Shown: piece after piece, positions 46,047 to 55,124 of the stretch
How the letters are laid out: every line of letters starts with the position of its first letter
Numbering within the stretch: the first letter of the stretch is position 1
NCBI GenBank assembly: GCA_934229275.1
Contig: CAKQDN010000001.1
Location: forward strand, 11,596 to 75,595
Source: an uncultured Clostridia bacterium
GTDB taxonomy: Bacteria > Bacillota > Clostridia > Christensenellales > Pumilibacteraceae
Length of the DNA stretch: 64,000 nt
Direction: 5' to 3'
The notes under the pieces: generated by a model
Database searches by the model: none
The model's input: only the letters and a program-made list of their open reading frames with translations
What the model was told of the DNA's origin: nothing
Program-made: the position numbers and the translations under genes

Positions 46047-48661
46047 AACCGTTGCTTCTCGAAATAGAAGGAATAAACAGTTTCCGCCAAAGGCAGGTCA
46101 TCGACTTCCGCGCGCTTTCGAGCGGCAATCTTTTCTGTATATCCGGTAAAACCGGCAGCGGCAAAACCACCGTACTGGACTGCGTCATTTTGGGACTTTA
46201 TCAGAAATTACCGTCGTTTTCGTCGCGCGGTAATATAGAAGATTATATAAATCTCAGTTGCGAAAAGGGTGAAATCAAACTGACTTTCGAACTGGACGGA
46301 AAAGTGTACCGCACCGAGCGCGTCATATCGAGAAAAGGCGCGAATTCCGCGAAAATAGTAGACGCGGAAACGGGCGCTGTAATCAAGGAGAAAAACAACG
46401 AGGCGTTCGCGTTCATCGGCGAAAAACTCGGGCTTAGCGTTGACGACTTCGCTCGGGTCATCGTGCTGCAACAGGGCGAATTCGCGCAGTTTTTGCGTGC
46501 GAACAAGTCGGACAGGAACGCAACGGTCATAAAATTGTTCCGCCTCGACCGCTTTTCCGACGTTCCGCAGCGTTTCCGTGCCGCCGCAAATACGCTTAAA
46601 ATCGAACTCGAAAAAAAGGACGCCGTTCTTGCCGGTTACGAAAACGATACCGCCGAGCGCGAAAAGCAGATTTCGGACGAGATTAAACTGTGTGACGCCG
46701 CGGTCGAAAAGATAACGGCAGAGTATAAATCTGCGTGCGAGATGCTCCTTAAAGCGGAAGAAAATATGCGAACTCGCGAGCGTTACGAAAAAGCGGTTAA
46801 GGATAAAGCGGCTCTATCCGAAAAAGAGAAAGAGTTGCTGCTCCGCGAAAAGAAAGTCACGGAACTCGAAGAGAAAATCGGAAAGGAACAGCCCGAAATC
46901 AAGAAGGAGCAGGCTCGCAAAGAAGAATACCTGCGGCTCTCGGCGAAACTCGAAAACGAGAGAGCGCAACTGACCGACCTTGTCGAGCGGAAAAAACGCC
47001 TGGACGAAAAACGCGCGGAATATTCTAAACTCAACCAAAAATACGCCGAAAAGAAAAAAGAACTCGAACTTATCGACCGCAGTATTGCCGAAACCGAAAC
47101 GCTTTTAGGCGACTATGCAGGTCAGCGAGCGGACGTTTTGTCTGCCAAATATAAAGAATCGGAGTTTAACCTTAAAAATCGTCGTCAGGCGGAAGCGCAG
47201 TTAAACGCTCTTAAAAACGAGTTGTCGGCTGCCGAAAAACGACTTGAAGAAACTGCTAAGCGCGCGCTTACAGCCGAGGATAATTTGCGTAAAGCCGAGG
47301 AAAATCTCTCGCTCGCGAGAAAAAATCTCGACGACGTAAGACTTATTGAGGGCGCGAATTCCCTTAAAAAACAACTGCACGCCGGCGACGTCTGCCCCGT
47401 GTGCGGAGAAATTTTAAAGCAGCAGCCGGTCGTGACCTGCTCGCGTCTGAAAGAGGCGGAAGAGCGCGCGTTAGCGTGCGAAAACGACGCTGCGACTGCA
47501 AGAAAAGAGCAGTCTGCCGCAGCCGCCGCGCTCGCCGCGGATAAAAGCGCACGCGAACAATTGTTTGCAAACTTTTCCGCATGCGAAAAACAATACGCTT
47601 TGCTCCCGGATGCTGACGAAAAGCAAACCGAAACGCTTAAAAAAGCGCTCTCTCTGACTGTCGGACTCGAAAAAACGCGGACGGAAAGGCAAAAAATCGC
47701 ATCCGAAGAGGGCAATATGTCGGCGACTCTTACCGCGCTCGTCGAACAGGGCAAAGAAGATAAAATCGATTACGAAAATCGCCTGAATAAACTGACGTAC
47801 CGCGATTTCGACGCCCTTTCGAAGCAGGAAGATCTCGTCGGTCGCTGCCTTGCCGCAATAAACGCGCGGATAGAGGAGTTCGAGCGCTGCGTTACGGACG
47901 CCGGAAAACTGCGACTGTCGCTCGACAAAGAAAAAGCCGAGAACAAAGCCGCTCTCGAAGCCGCCGAAAAACTGCTCGTAAAGGCTCCCGACCCCGATAT
48001 TCCCGACCCCGAAACGTACCGCGTTCTTTCCGGGAGCAAGGACGAGGAGAAAACTGCCGCCGTGGCGCAGCGAGCCAAACTCGAAAACGCGCTGACGGAA
48101 CTGAAAAGCCGCCTCGAAGTCAAACGCGCCCTGAAAACCGAACGCGCCGAAATAAACAAAAAATACGAAAAAATCAATTGTCTTTCCGTAATGTTTTCGC
48201 GCGGAGAATTCAACGCGTTCGTCGCGACCGAGTACATAAAGGACTTCACGGTTTCGGCTTCCGAAACGCTGCGCGAACTGACCGGCGGAAAGTACACTCT
48301 CTCCTACGACGAGCAGGAAAGCGACTTTTTCGTCACCGATTTTCTCAACGACAACAAAAAGAGAAAGGCGCGCACGCTCTCGGGCGGCGAAACTTTTCTT
48401 GCGTCGCTGTCCATGGCGATCGCGCTTTCGAAGGAAATAGCGAGATTCGGAACGTTCGACTTCTTCTTCATCGACGAGGGCTTCGGAACTTTGCACGACG
48501 CCGCGCTCGATCAGGCGCTCGAAGTGCTGTTCGAACTGAGCAAAACTTCGCTCGTCGGACTGGTCACGCACCGCACCGAACTTATCGGAAGAATACCGGT
48601 AACTTTGCTCGTTTCCGAAGCGGACGGAGAAGCCGGCTCGGTGTGTCGTATCGCCGACTGA
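46043..48661 (+). CDS. sbcC: exonuclease SbcC (SMC-like ATPase)
   Basis: Walker A GKTGSGKTT, long coiled coils, zinc hook CPVCGE, C-terminal signature/Walker B (LSGGETFLASLSMAIAL, FFFIDEGFGTLHD). ATGA overlap with sbcD. Confidence 0.85.
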   Translation: MKPLLLEIEGINSFRQRQVIDFRALSSGNLFCISGKTGSGKTTVLDCVILGLYQKLPSFSSRGNIEDYINLSCEKGEIKLTFELDGKVYRTERVISRKGANSAKIVDAETGAVIKEKNNEAFAFIGEKLGLSVDDFARVIVLQQGEFAQFLRANKSDRNATVIKLFRLDRFSDVPQRFRAAANTLKIELEKKDAVLAGYENDTAEREKQISDEIKLCDAAVEKITAEYKSACEMLLKAEENMRTRERYEKAVKDKAALSEKEKELLLREKKVTELEEKIGKEQPEIKKEQARKEEYLRLSAKLENERAQLTDLVERKKRLDEKRAEYSKLNQKYAEKKKELELIDRSIAETETLLGDYAGQRADVLSAKYKESEFNLKNRRQAEAQLNALKNELSAAEKRLEETAKRALTAEDNLRKAEENLSLARKNLDDVRLIEGANSLKKQLHAGDVCPVCGEILKQQPVVTCSRLKEAEERALACENDAATARKEQSAAAAALAADKSAREQLFANFSACEKQYALLPDADEKQTETLKKALSLTVGLEKTRTERQKIASEEGNMSATLTALVEQGKEDKIDYENRLNKLTYRDFDALSKQEDLVGRCLAAINARIEEFERCVTDAGKLRLSLDKEKAENKAALEAAEKLLVKAPDPDIPDPETYRVLSGSKDEEKTAAVAQRAKLENALTELKSRLEVKRALKTERAEINKKYEKINCLSVMFSRGEFNAFVATEYIKDFTVSASETLRELTGGKYTLSYDEQESDFFVTDFLNDNKKRKARTLSGGETFLASLSMAIALSKEIARFGTFDFFFIDEGFGTLHDAALDQALEVLFELSKTSLVGLVTHRTELIGRIPVTLLVSEADGEAGSVCRIAD

Positions 48662-48695
48662 CGGGCGAAAGCAGGCAACTTTCAAGAAAAATCTA

Positions 48696-48728
48696 CGCGT
48701 GCGCAGGCGAGCGTGCGCGTTTTTTTAT
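48696..48728 (+). terminator. GC-rich hairpin plus T-run terminator after sbcC
   Basis: GCGCAGGCGAGCGTGCGC followed by TTTTTTTAT. Confidence 0.5.
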
Positions 48729-48841
48729 CGCTAATTTTAAAAAAATACGCGCGCACACGCCCGACGAGCCTTAAAACGTTTTGAAAAAGTCGCAAAATGT
48801 GGTAAAATAAAACGTAAGACTTCGATAAAAGGAGAACGGCT

Positions 48842-49387
48842 ATGACTGCGGTGTACACCGACGAAGAAATAGAACGCGCGTTTGCCGAAAGAAAGAAAAT
48901 GCTTATAATATACTGGGCGGCGTTTGCTCTGGTTGCGCTTTTTCTGGTCGCGTTGTTCGTCGTGCATCTCATCCGCGTCGAAACCATGCTCGACCGCACC
49001 TATCAGAAGACGATAATGCTCGTTTCGATAGTCGTCAGTTCCCTTTTCGCGATAGGCTCGGTGTTCTTTTTCGGAGTAAAATACCGCTACACGAAAGCCT
49101 ATTGCAAGTTGTACCGCGACATGACGGACGGACCTAAAGACCGCTGCCGCGGAGAAGTAATCGAACTCGTCCCGGAGCAGAGCGAAAAATACTCGATAAA
49201 GTTCCGCGGAATCAAGGTCAAGTGTCCGCCGGTGAGAAGAGGAGAGGAAAATATCCGCCTGCTGCTCGTCGAGCACGAACACGATATTCCCGAACTCGTT
49301 CCGGGCGTAAAATTCGAATTCATTTCGCAGTCGAACATAATTCTCGGCTACGAAATAACCGGAAACAACGATAACACCGTCAAATAA
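48842..49387 (+). CDS. hypothetical membrane protein (2 TM)
   Basis: 181-aa ORF with AAGGAGAA RBS, two hydrophobic helices then a soluble domain; no recognisable family. Confidence 0.45.
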   Translation: MTAVYTDEEIERAFAERKKMLIIYWAAFALVALFLVALFVVHLIRVETMLDRTYQKTIMLVSIVVSSLFAIGSVFFFGVKYRYTKAYCKLYRDMTDGPKDRCRGEVIELVPEQSEKYSIKFRGIKVKCPPVRRGEENIRLLLVEHEHDIPELVPGVKFEFISQSNIILGYEITGNNDNTVK

Positions 49388-49453
49388 CATTGTCAAAAAA
49401 GAGCGGAATTCGGTTTCCGCGTCGTCAGAATAATCAAAACAAGGAGTAAATTC

Positions 49454-51220
49454 ATGAAAAGATCCGAAGTAGACAAGAAAGATCTGTGGGCGCTCGAGGA
49501 CGTATACGCCTCCGACGACCTGTGGGAAAAAGACTACAAAGAATTGGACAAAAGCGTCGCTTTCCCTGCCGCTTACAAGGGCAAACTCGCAAACAAAGCA
49601 AAACTGCTCGAACTGCTTAAAAAGAGCGACGAAATCGAAATAAAACTGGAAAAACTGTACTCGTACGCGAAAATGAGGCTGGATCAGGACTCGTCCGATA
49701 ACTTCTACGCAGGACTAACCGACAGAGCGCAGTCGTTGTTCGTCAAGTATTCCGCAGTAACCAGTTATATAAATCCCGAACTCTGCTCGCTGGACGAAAA
49801 ATATATCGAAAGTCTTATCGTAGACCCCGATTTCGCCGACTACGACTATATGCTTAAAGGCGTGCTGCGCAGAAAAAAGCACACTCTCGGCGAAAACGAG
49901 GAAAAACTCTTGTCCATGGCTCAGTCGCCGCTGTCGCAGTTCCAGACCGCGTTTACCAAAATCGACAACGTGGACGTGCAACTCGGCTCGGTTAAGGTAG
50001 ACGGCAAAAAAGTAAAACTCACGCACGGAACGTATGCGCAACTGCTGCAAAATCCCGATCAGAGCGTCAGAAAAGCCGCTTTCACCACCTATTACAAGGG
50101 CTACGAAAACCTTTTAAGCACGCTTACCGCCGTATACGCAGGCTCGGTCAAAAGCGACGTGTTCTCGGCGACGGCAAGAGGATATAAAAGTTGCCTCGAC
50201 GCCGCTATGTTCAACGAGAACGTTCCCGAATGCGTTTACACCAACCTTATCGAAAGCGTCAACGAAAACTGCAAGTACGTTCATGATTACGTTGCGTACA
50301 GAAAACAGGCTCTCGGCGTAGAAAGATTTAATATGTACGATATGTATGTGCCGATAGTGGAAGGCGCGGATATGTCGCTGCCCTTCGAAGAGGCGTTCGA
50401 ACTGGTTAAAAAAGGTCTGTCCGTGATGGGCGAAGAGTACGTCGGACTGCTTCAGAAGGCTCGCGACGAACGCTGGATGGACGTTTACGAAACCGAAAAC
50501 AAACGCAGCGGTGCGTACAGTTGGGGTTCGTATTCCACGAAACCGTACGTGCTGCTCAATTACTCGGCAACCATTCACGACATATTTACGATAGCGCACG
50601 AACTCGGTCATTCCATGCACAGTTACTATTCCGATAGCACTCAGCCGTACAGCAAGGCAGGCTACGCCATTTTCGTTGCGGAAGTCGCTTCCACGGTAAA
50701 CGAAGTGCTGCTTCTCAAGTATCTGCTTTCCTCGACCGACGACAAAAAGATGAAAAAATACCTCTTGTCCTACTATCTCGACATGTTCCGCACCACGCTG
50801 TTCCGTCAGACCATGTTCGCCGAATTCGAGAAAATCAGCCACGATATGGAGCAGAAGGGCAAGCCGCTCACGCCCAAGTCGCTGTCCGACGCGTATATGA
50901 AACTCAATAAAAAGTACTACGGTCCCGCCGTTACGCACAATAAGCAGATCGCGACCGAGTGGGCTCGTATTCCGCATTTTTACAACGCGTTCTACGTTTA
51001 CAAGTACGCTACCGGCATCACCAGCGCCGTAAATATCGCCAATTCGATATTGAAAGACAATTCGTTCGTCGCCCGGTACAAGAAGTTCCTCTCCGCCGGC
51101 GGCAGCGATTCCCCCTACGAAATTCTCAAAATCGCCGGAGTCGATCTCGCAACGCGCGCTCCGTTCGATTTCGCAATGAAAGAGTTTAAAGATACTCTGG
51201 AACAACTCAAAGCGCTCTGA
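49454..51220 (+). CDS. pepF: oligoendopeptidase F (M3B family)
   Basis: 588 aa with zinc motif HELGHSMH and downstream Glu ligand region; AAGGAG RBS. Confidence 0.85.
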   Translation: MKRSEVDKKDLWALEDVYASDDLWEKDYKELDKSVAFPAAYKGKLANKAKLLELLKKSDEIEIKLEKLYSYAKMRLDQDSSDNFYAGLTDRAQSLFVKYSAVTSYINPELCSLDEKYIESLIVDPDFADYDYMLKGVLRRKKHTLGENEEKLLSMAQSPLSQFQTAFTKIDNVDVQLGSVKVDGKKVKLTHGTYAQLLQNPDQSVRKAAFTTYYKGYENLLSTLTAVYAGSVKSDVFSATARGYKSCLDAAMFNENVPECVYTNLIESVNENCKYVHDYVAYRKQALGVERFNMYDMYVPIVEGADMSLPFEEAFELVKKGLSVMGEEYVGLLQKARDERWMDVYETENKRSGAYSWGSYSTKPYVLLNYSATIHDIFTIAHELGHSMHSYYSDSTQPYSKAGYAIFVAEVASTVNEVLLLKYLLSSTDDKKMKKYLLSYYLDMFRTTLFRQTMFAEFEKISHDMEQKGKPLTPKSLSDAYMKLNKKYYGPAVTHNKQIATEWARIPHFYNAFYVYKYATGITSAVNIANSILKDNSFVARYKKFLSAGGSDSPYEILKIAGVDLATRAPFDFAMKEFKDTLEQLKAL

Positions 51221-51334
51221 GTCCGACGACGAATAACGGCACGCCTTTGCGCTACGTGCGATATTCGAACGGCAGTCACGTACAGGAAGTACGCTATTGC
51301 AATAAGTCGATAGTGTGTTTATCCGACTTTCGTT

Positions 51335-51375
51335 AACTCAAAAGTTTTTTGCCTACTTTTTTGCAAAAAAGTAGG
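51335..51375. repeat. family-D AT-stem palindrome (CCTACTTTTTTGCAAAAAAGTAGG) with conserved 5' AACTCAAAAGTTTTTT leader
   Basis: Related copies at 14953-14997, 15541-15581 and 59953-59994. Confidence 0.7.
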
Positions 51376-51376
51376 G

Positions 51377-51406
51377 GCGGACAGTCGGGGACGCCTGTCC
51401 CTACAG
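51377..51406 (-). repeat. REP element, variant 2 (minus-strand 5'-CTGTAGGGACAGGCGTCCCCGACTGTCCGC-3'), 67 nt upstream of the RAYT gene
   Basis: GTAG head plus GGACAG/CTGTCC arms; 29/30 identical to the 57123-57152 copy. Confidence 0.8.
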
Positions 51407-51472
51407 TAATAAGTCGAAAGTACGTCTACTTAACATCTCAATGCATGAGAGAATAACGTAAAACGATAAGAA

Positions 51473-51997
51473 ATGAATGACATAATCGAAAACAGAGTGT
51501 TGTCGCAAAGAGTTCCGACACGTTTACGATACTATGACTACAATAACGCAGGCGCGTATTTTGTAACAATATGCACAATGGGCAAAAAGTGCATATTGTC
51601 GAAGATTGTAGGGACAGGCGTCCTCGACTGTCCGCAACCGGAATTGACCGAATACGGGAAAATCGCCGAAAAATACATTAAATCGATGGGCGAGTTTTAT
51701 AAACATATTTCTATCGACGGATACGTAATAATGCCCAATCACATTCATATCATGCTTGTTATAAAAGAGTGCGAAACAATTAAAAACGACAGTCGCTCGA
51801 ACAGCGCGTATTCGCGATTTGTTTCTACGTTCAAACGTTTTTGTAATAAAGAGTACGGTAGAAACATTTGGCAGGCGCGTTCCAACGACCACATTATTCG
51901 TAACGAGCATGACTACGAAAAACACATGAAGTATATTTACGAGAATCCCTTGAAGTGGACATCCGACGAGATGTATATAAACGAGGTGCAATTGTGA
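51473..51997 (+). CDS. REP-associated tyrosine transposase (RAYT; IS200/IS605-like Y1 HuH transposase family)
   Basis: YFVTICT N-terminal motif, HuH motif MPNHIHIML, C-terminal catalytic-Tyr region NIWQARSNDHIIRNEHDYEKHMKYIYENPLKW closely resembling E. coli YafM-type RAYTs. Surrounded by cognate GTAG-headed REPs. Confidence 0.8.
   Translation: MNDIIENRVLSQRVPTRLRYYDYNNAGAYFVTICTMGKKCILSKIVGTGVLDCPQPELTEYGKIAEKYIKSMGEFYKHISIDGYVIMPNHIHIMLVIKECETIKNDSRSNSAYSRFVSTFKRFCNKEYGRNIWQARSNDHIIRNEHDYEKHMKYIYENPLKWTSDEMYINEVQL
51606..51635 (+). repeat. REP element, variant 2, in-frame inside the RAYT ORF (encodes IVGTGVLDCPQ)
   Basis: 5'-TTGTAGGGACAGGCGTCCTCGACTGTCCGC-3' differs by 1 nt from the intergenic copies at 51377 and 57123 (reverse complement). 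Confidence 0.75.
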
Positions 51998-53100
51998 AAA
52001 ACAAAACGATTAAAAAAACGATAGTCTGCATTGTTGCGGCGATTATGATCGTGCTTCCGCTGTTCGGAGGGACGGCTGCAACCGCGAGCGCAGAGGACAA
52101 AACCTACGCGATCGACAAAAATCCGCCCGACACTATCAACTACTACGACCGCAAATACGGATCGCTGCAGTACGTCACTATCGAAATGGTGCTGTCAAAA
52201 GAAACTATCGGCAAACTCAACGCCGACGCCGAAAAAGCGACTGCCGAGGGCGAAAAAATCTGGACGGTGGACGATTATTTCGATACGTTCGCCGAAATCG
52301 AGTCCGCATCCGCTTCGGCTTGCGAAAAAAAGACCGACGGGAACGGTAATACGACTTATGTAATTCCGCTCGTCACGTCCTATTCGTCTCCGCTCGATCA
52401 GAACGACGGCTACACGGTCGAAAAAGGTTTCTATTTCGTCGATTACTCGCTGTCGTACGTCAATCCGCTTATAAAACTGGGTAAAAAACTGTTCGAAAAC
52501 GAGCAGAAGGACTATTCGGGACTGAACGATTGGCAAATAACGCTCGCAGCGGGCTACTATAATCGCTTGCCGGCACTCGTCGAAGCGTTCCCCTGCCTTA
52601 AAACGGCGGACACGAGCAAGATCAACATAACCTATAACCGCAGCGTGCCCAAACTCTATCACGGCGGAAACGCGAACGCCGACCTCGTCACTTACGGCGC
52701 CACGCGTTATATGCGCTGGACCAACGGTACCGACGATTGGCAGACTCTTATGTACACATATTCGCGCCCGTATTCGCTCGGATGGGGCGTGACGATAGTC
52801 ATTATCTCGCTGTGCGTTACGGCAATACTCATATTCGTTTCGGTAAAGAAAAAAGAGCAGCCCTCTTTCGCCGATTACCGTCCGCTCGCAGAAGCGGAAA
52901 CTATGCGCCGGGTCGAAAATAAGATAAACGGCACGACTCCGGACGGCGGAGAAAATGCCGCAGCAGAACCCGAAAATGAGGGAAAAGACGGCTATGCCGG
53001 TCACGGCGTGTTCAACGAAAACGGAAAAACGGTGGACGTGTTCGGTAACGACGCGACTTCCGCTCCCGAAGAAAGAAAGGACGAAAACAACGATAATTAA
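51994..53100 (+). CDS. hypothetical secreted protein with C-terminal TM anchor and acidic cytoplasmic tail
   Basis: GTG 51994 overlaps the RAYT stop (GTGA) with GAGGTG 5 nt upstream; alternative ATG at 51955. Signal peptide, about 270-aa extracellular region, TM helix (GVTIVIISLCVTAILIFVSV), Glu/Asn-rich tail. Confidence 0.5.
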   Translation: MKNKTIKKTIVCIVAAIMIVLPLFGGTAATASAEDKTYAIDKNPPDTINYYDRKYGSLQYVTIEMVLSKETIGKLNADAEKATAEGEKIWTVDDYFDTFAEIESASASACEKKTDGNGNTTYVIPLVTSYSSPLDQNDGYTVEKGFYFVDYSLSYVNPLIKLGKKLFENEQKDYSGLNDWQITLAAGYYNRLPALVEAFPCLKTADTSKINITYNRSVPKLYHGGNANADLVTYGATRYMRWTNGTDDWQTLMYTYSRPYSLGWGVTIVIISLCVTAILIFVSVKKKEQPSFADYRPLAEAETMRRVENKINGTTPDGGENAAAEPENEGKDGYAGHGVFNENGKTVDVFGNDATSAPEERKDENNDN

Positions 53101-53198
53101 GCAAGAATTCGGGCAAAACCATTGATTTTTTGCTCCGATTTAAGATACGCTCGGGCAAACGATGAGACAAACCATAAGTCAAAGAGGATTAGACTAAC

Positions 53199-55031
53199 AT
53201 GAAAGAAAACATAAGAAACGTCGCGATAATAGCGCACGTCGACCACGGCAAAACCACTCTCGTAAACGAACTTTTAAAACAGGGCGGAGCGTTCCGTTCC
53301 AATCAGGTGGTAAACGACAGAGTTATGGACTCCAACGACCTCGAAAGAGAAAGAGGAATAACCATTCTCGCGAAAAACACGTCGGTCAAATACGGCAACT
53401 ATAAAATCAACATCGTCGATACTCCCGGTCACGCCGATTTCGGAGGAGAAGTCGAGCGTATTCTCAAAATGGTAAACGGCGTCGTTCTGCTCGTAGACGC
53501 GTTCGAAGGTACCATGCCGCAAACCCGCTTCGTTTTGCAGAAAGCGCTCGAACTCAATCACCCGGTAGTCGTCGTGGTCAATAAAATCGACCGTCCCGAC
53601 GCTCGTCCCAAGGAAGTCGTGGACGAAGTGCTGGAACTTCTCATGGAACTGGGTGCAAGCGACGAGCAACTGGACAGCCCCATCATCTATTGTAGCGCGA
53701 GAAAGGGTATCGCGTCCGAACGCGCCGACGAGGAAGGAACCAACCTCATTCCGCTTTTCGAGGCGATCGTGCGCCATATCCCGGCTCCTACGGGCGACGA
53801 AAACGCTCCCGTGCAGATGCTTATAAGCGCGCTCGACTATTCCGATTACGTCGGCTCTATCGGTATCGGCAGAATAGAACGCGGCACGCTTACGCAGAAT
53901 CAGCAGGTTGTGCTTACCAACTTCCATCACGACAATCAGATTAAAACCAAAGTCACCAACATATATCAGTTCGAAGGACTGAACCGCGTGGCGGTCGAAA
54001 GCGCGTCCGCCGGCGACATCGTGTGCGTCAGCGGTCTCGAAGGCGTTAAAATCGGCGATACGCTGTGCGATCCGATAGACGTCACGCCCATCGAATTCCC
54101 CAAGATAAGCGAACCCAGCGTGGAAATGACCTTCCTCGTAAACGACAGCCCGTTCGCAGGGAAAGAGGGCAAATTCGTCACTTCCCGTCACCTTCGCGCG
54201 CGCCTTTATAAAGAAGCCGTCCGCGACGTCAGCATACGCGTAAACGACGGCGAAACAAGCGAGTCGTTCAAAGTGTGCGGAAGAGGCGAAATGCACCTGT
54301 CTATCCTTATCGAAAACATGAGAAGAGAGGGCTACGAATTCCAGGTTTCGCAGCCGCGCGTTCTTTATAAAGAAATAGACGGCGTTCTGTGCGAACCTAT
54401 CGACATCATGGTCGCCGACGTACCCGAGGACTGCGTGGGAGCGGTCATCACCAAAATGGGTATGCGTGCCGGCGAACTTAAATCCATGTCGCCTGCAGGA
54501 AACCGCATGAAACTCGAATTCTCCGTTCCGTCGCGCGGACTGTTCGGCTATAAGTCCGAATTCCTCACCGATACGAGAGGAGAAGGCATCATGAGTTCGG
54601 TGTTCGACAAGTACGACAAATACCGCGGCGAAATCACGAGAAGAACGACCGGCTCGCTTATCGCGTTCGAAACGGGCGAAGCGGTCGTGTACGGACTTTA
54701 TAACGCTCAGGAGCGCGGCGATCTGTTTATCGGAGCCGGCACTATGGTTTACGAAGGCATGATAGTCGGATCCAACCCCAAGGGCGGCGACATAGCGGTT
54801 AACGTGTGCAAAACCAAGCACCTTTCCAATACCCGTGCTTCCGGCAGCGACGACGCTCTGCGCCTGACGCCCCCGGTTATAATGTCGCTCGAAAAATCGC
54901 TCGAATACGTCGGCGACGACGAATATCTCGAAATCACGCCCAAGTCCATTCGCCTCAGAAAAATCATTCTCAACACCGAACTGCGCTTGAAGGCGGAAGC
55001 GAAAAGGAAAAAAGCAGCCGACAATCAGTAA
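53199..55031 (+). CDS. typA: translational GTPase TypA/BipA
   Basis: IRNVAIIAHVDHGKTTL G1 motif, DTPGHADF, NKID; EF-G-like domain order without domain IV; 610 aa. Confidence 0.9.
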   Translation: MKENIRNVAIIAHVDHGKTTLVNELLKQGGAFRSNQVVNDRVMDSNDLERERGITILAKNTSVKYGNYKINIVDTPGHADFGGEVERILKMVNGVVLLVDAFEGTMPQTRFVLQKALELNHPVVVVVNKIDRPDARPKEVVDEVLELLMELGASDEQLDSPIIYCSARKGIASERADEEGTNLIPLFEAIVRHIPAPTGDENAPVQMLISALDYSDYVGSIGIGRIERGTLTQNQQVVLTNFHHDNQIKTKVTNIYQFEGLNRVAVESASAGDIVCVSGLEGVKIGDTLCDPIDVTPIEFPKISEPSVEMTFLVNDSPFAGKEGKFVTSRHLRARLYKEAVRDVSIRVNDGETSESFKVCGRGEMHLSILIENMRREGYEFQVSQPRVLYKEIDGVLCEPIDIMVADVPEDCVGAVITKMGMRAGELKSMSPAGNRMKLEFSVPSRGLFGYKSEFLTDTRGEGIMSSVFDKYDKYRGEITRRTTGSLIAFETGEAVVYGLYNAQERGDLFIGAGTMVYEGMIVGSNPKGGDIAVNVCKTKHLSNTRASGSDDALRLTPPVIMSLEKSLEYVGDDEYLEITPKSIRLRKIILNTELRLKAEAKRKKAADNQ

Positions 55032-55124
55032 TCGGCGGCAATTATAGTTTATAAGAAAAGCGTTGTTTTTAACGCCGAAAACAGGCTCGGTCAACGCTTA
55101 TACAGGTAAAAAAAGGAGGTAATT

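Noticed and set aside
47471-48685. Long antisense ORFs overlapping sbcC, mfd/dusB/mazG (1559-2455), mnmG (22977-24323), typA (53274-55094), dnaB (55098-56438), dnaD (43422-44408), potA (18392-19294), Gfo/Idh (10151-11311)
   Set aside because: All lie opposite genes with unambiguous conserved motifs, lack RBSs, and have Arg/Gly/Val-rich low-complexity translations. They are by-products of high third-position GC content.
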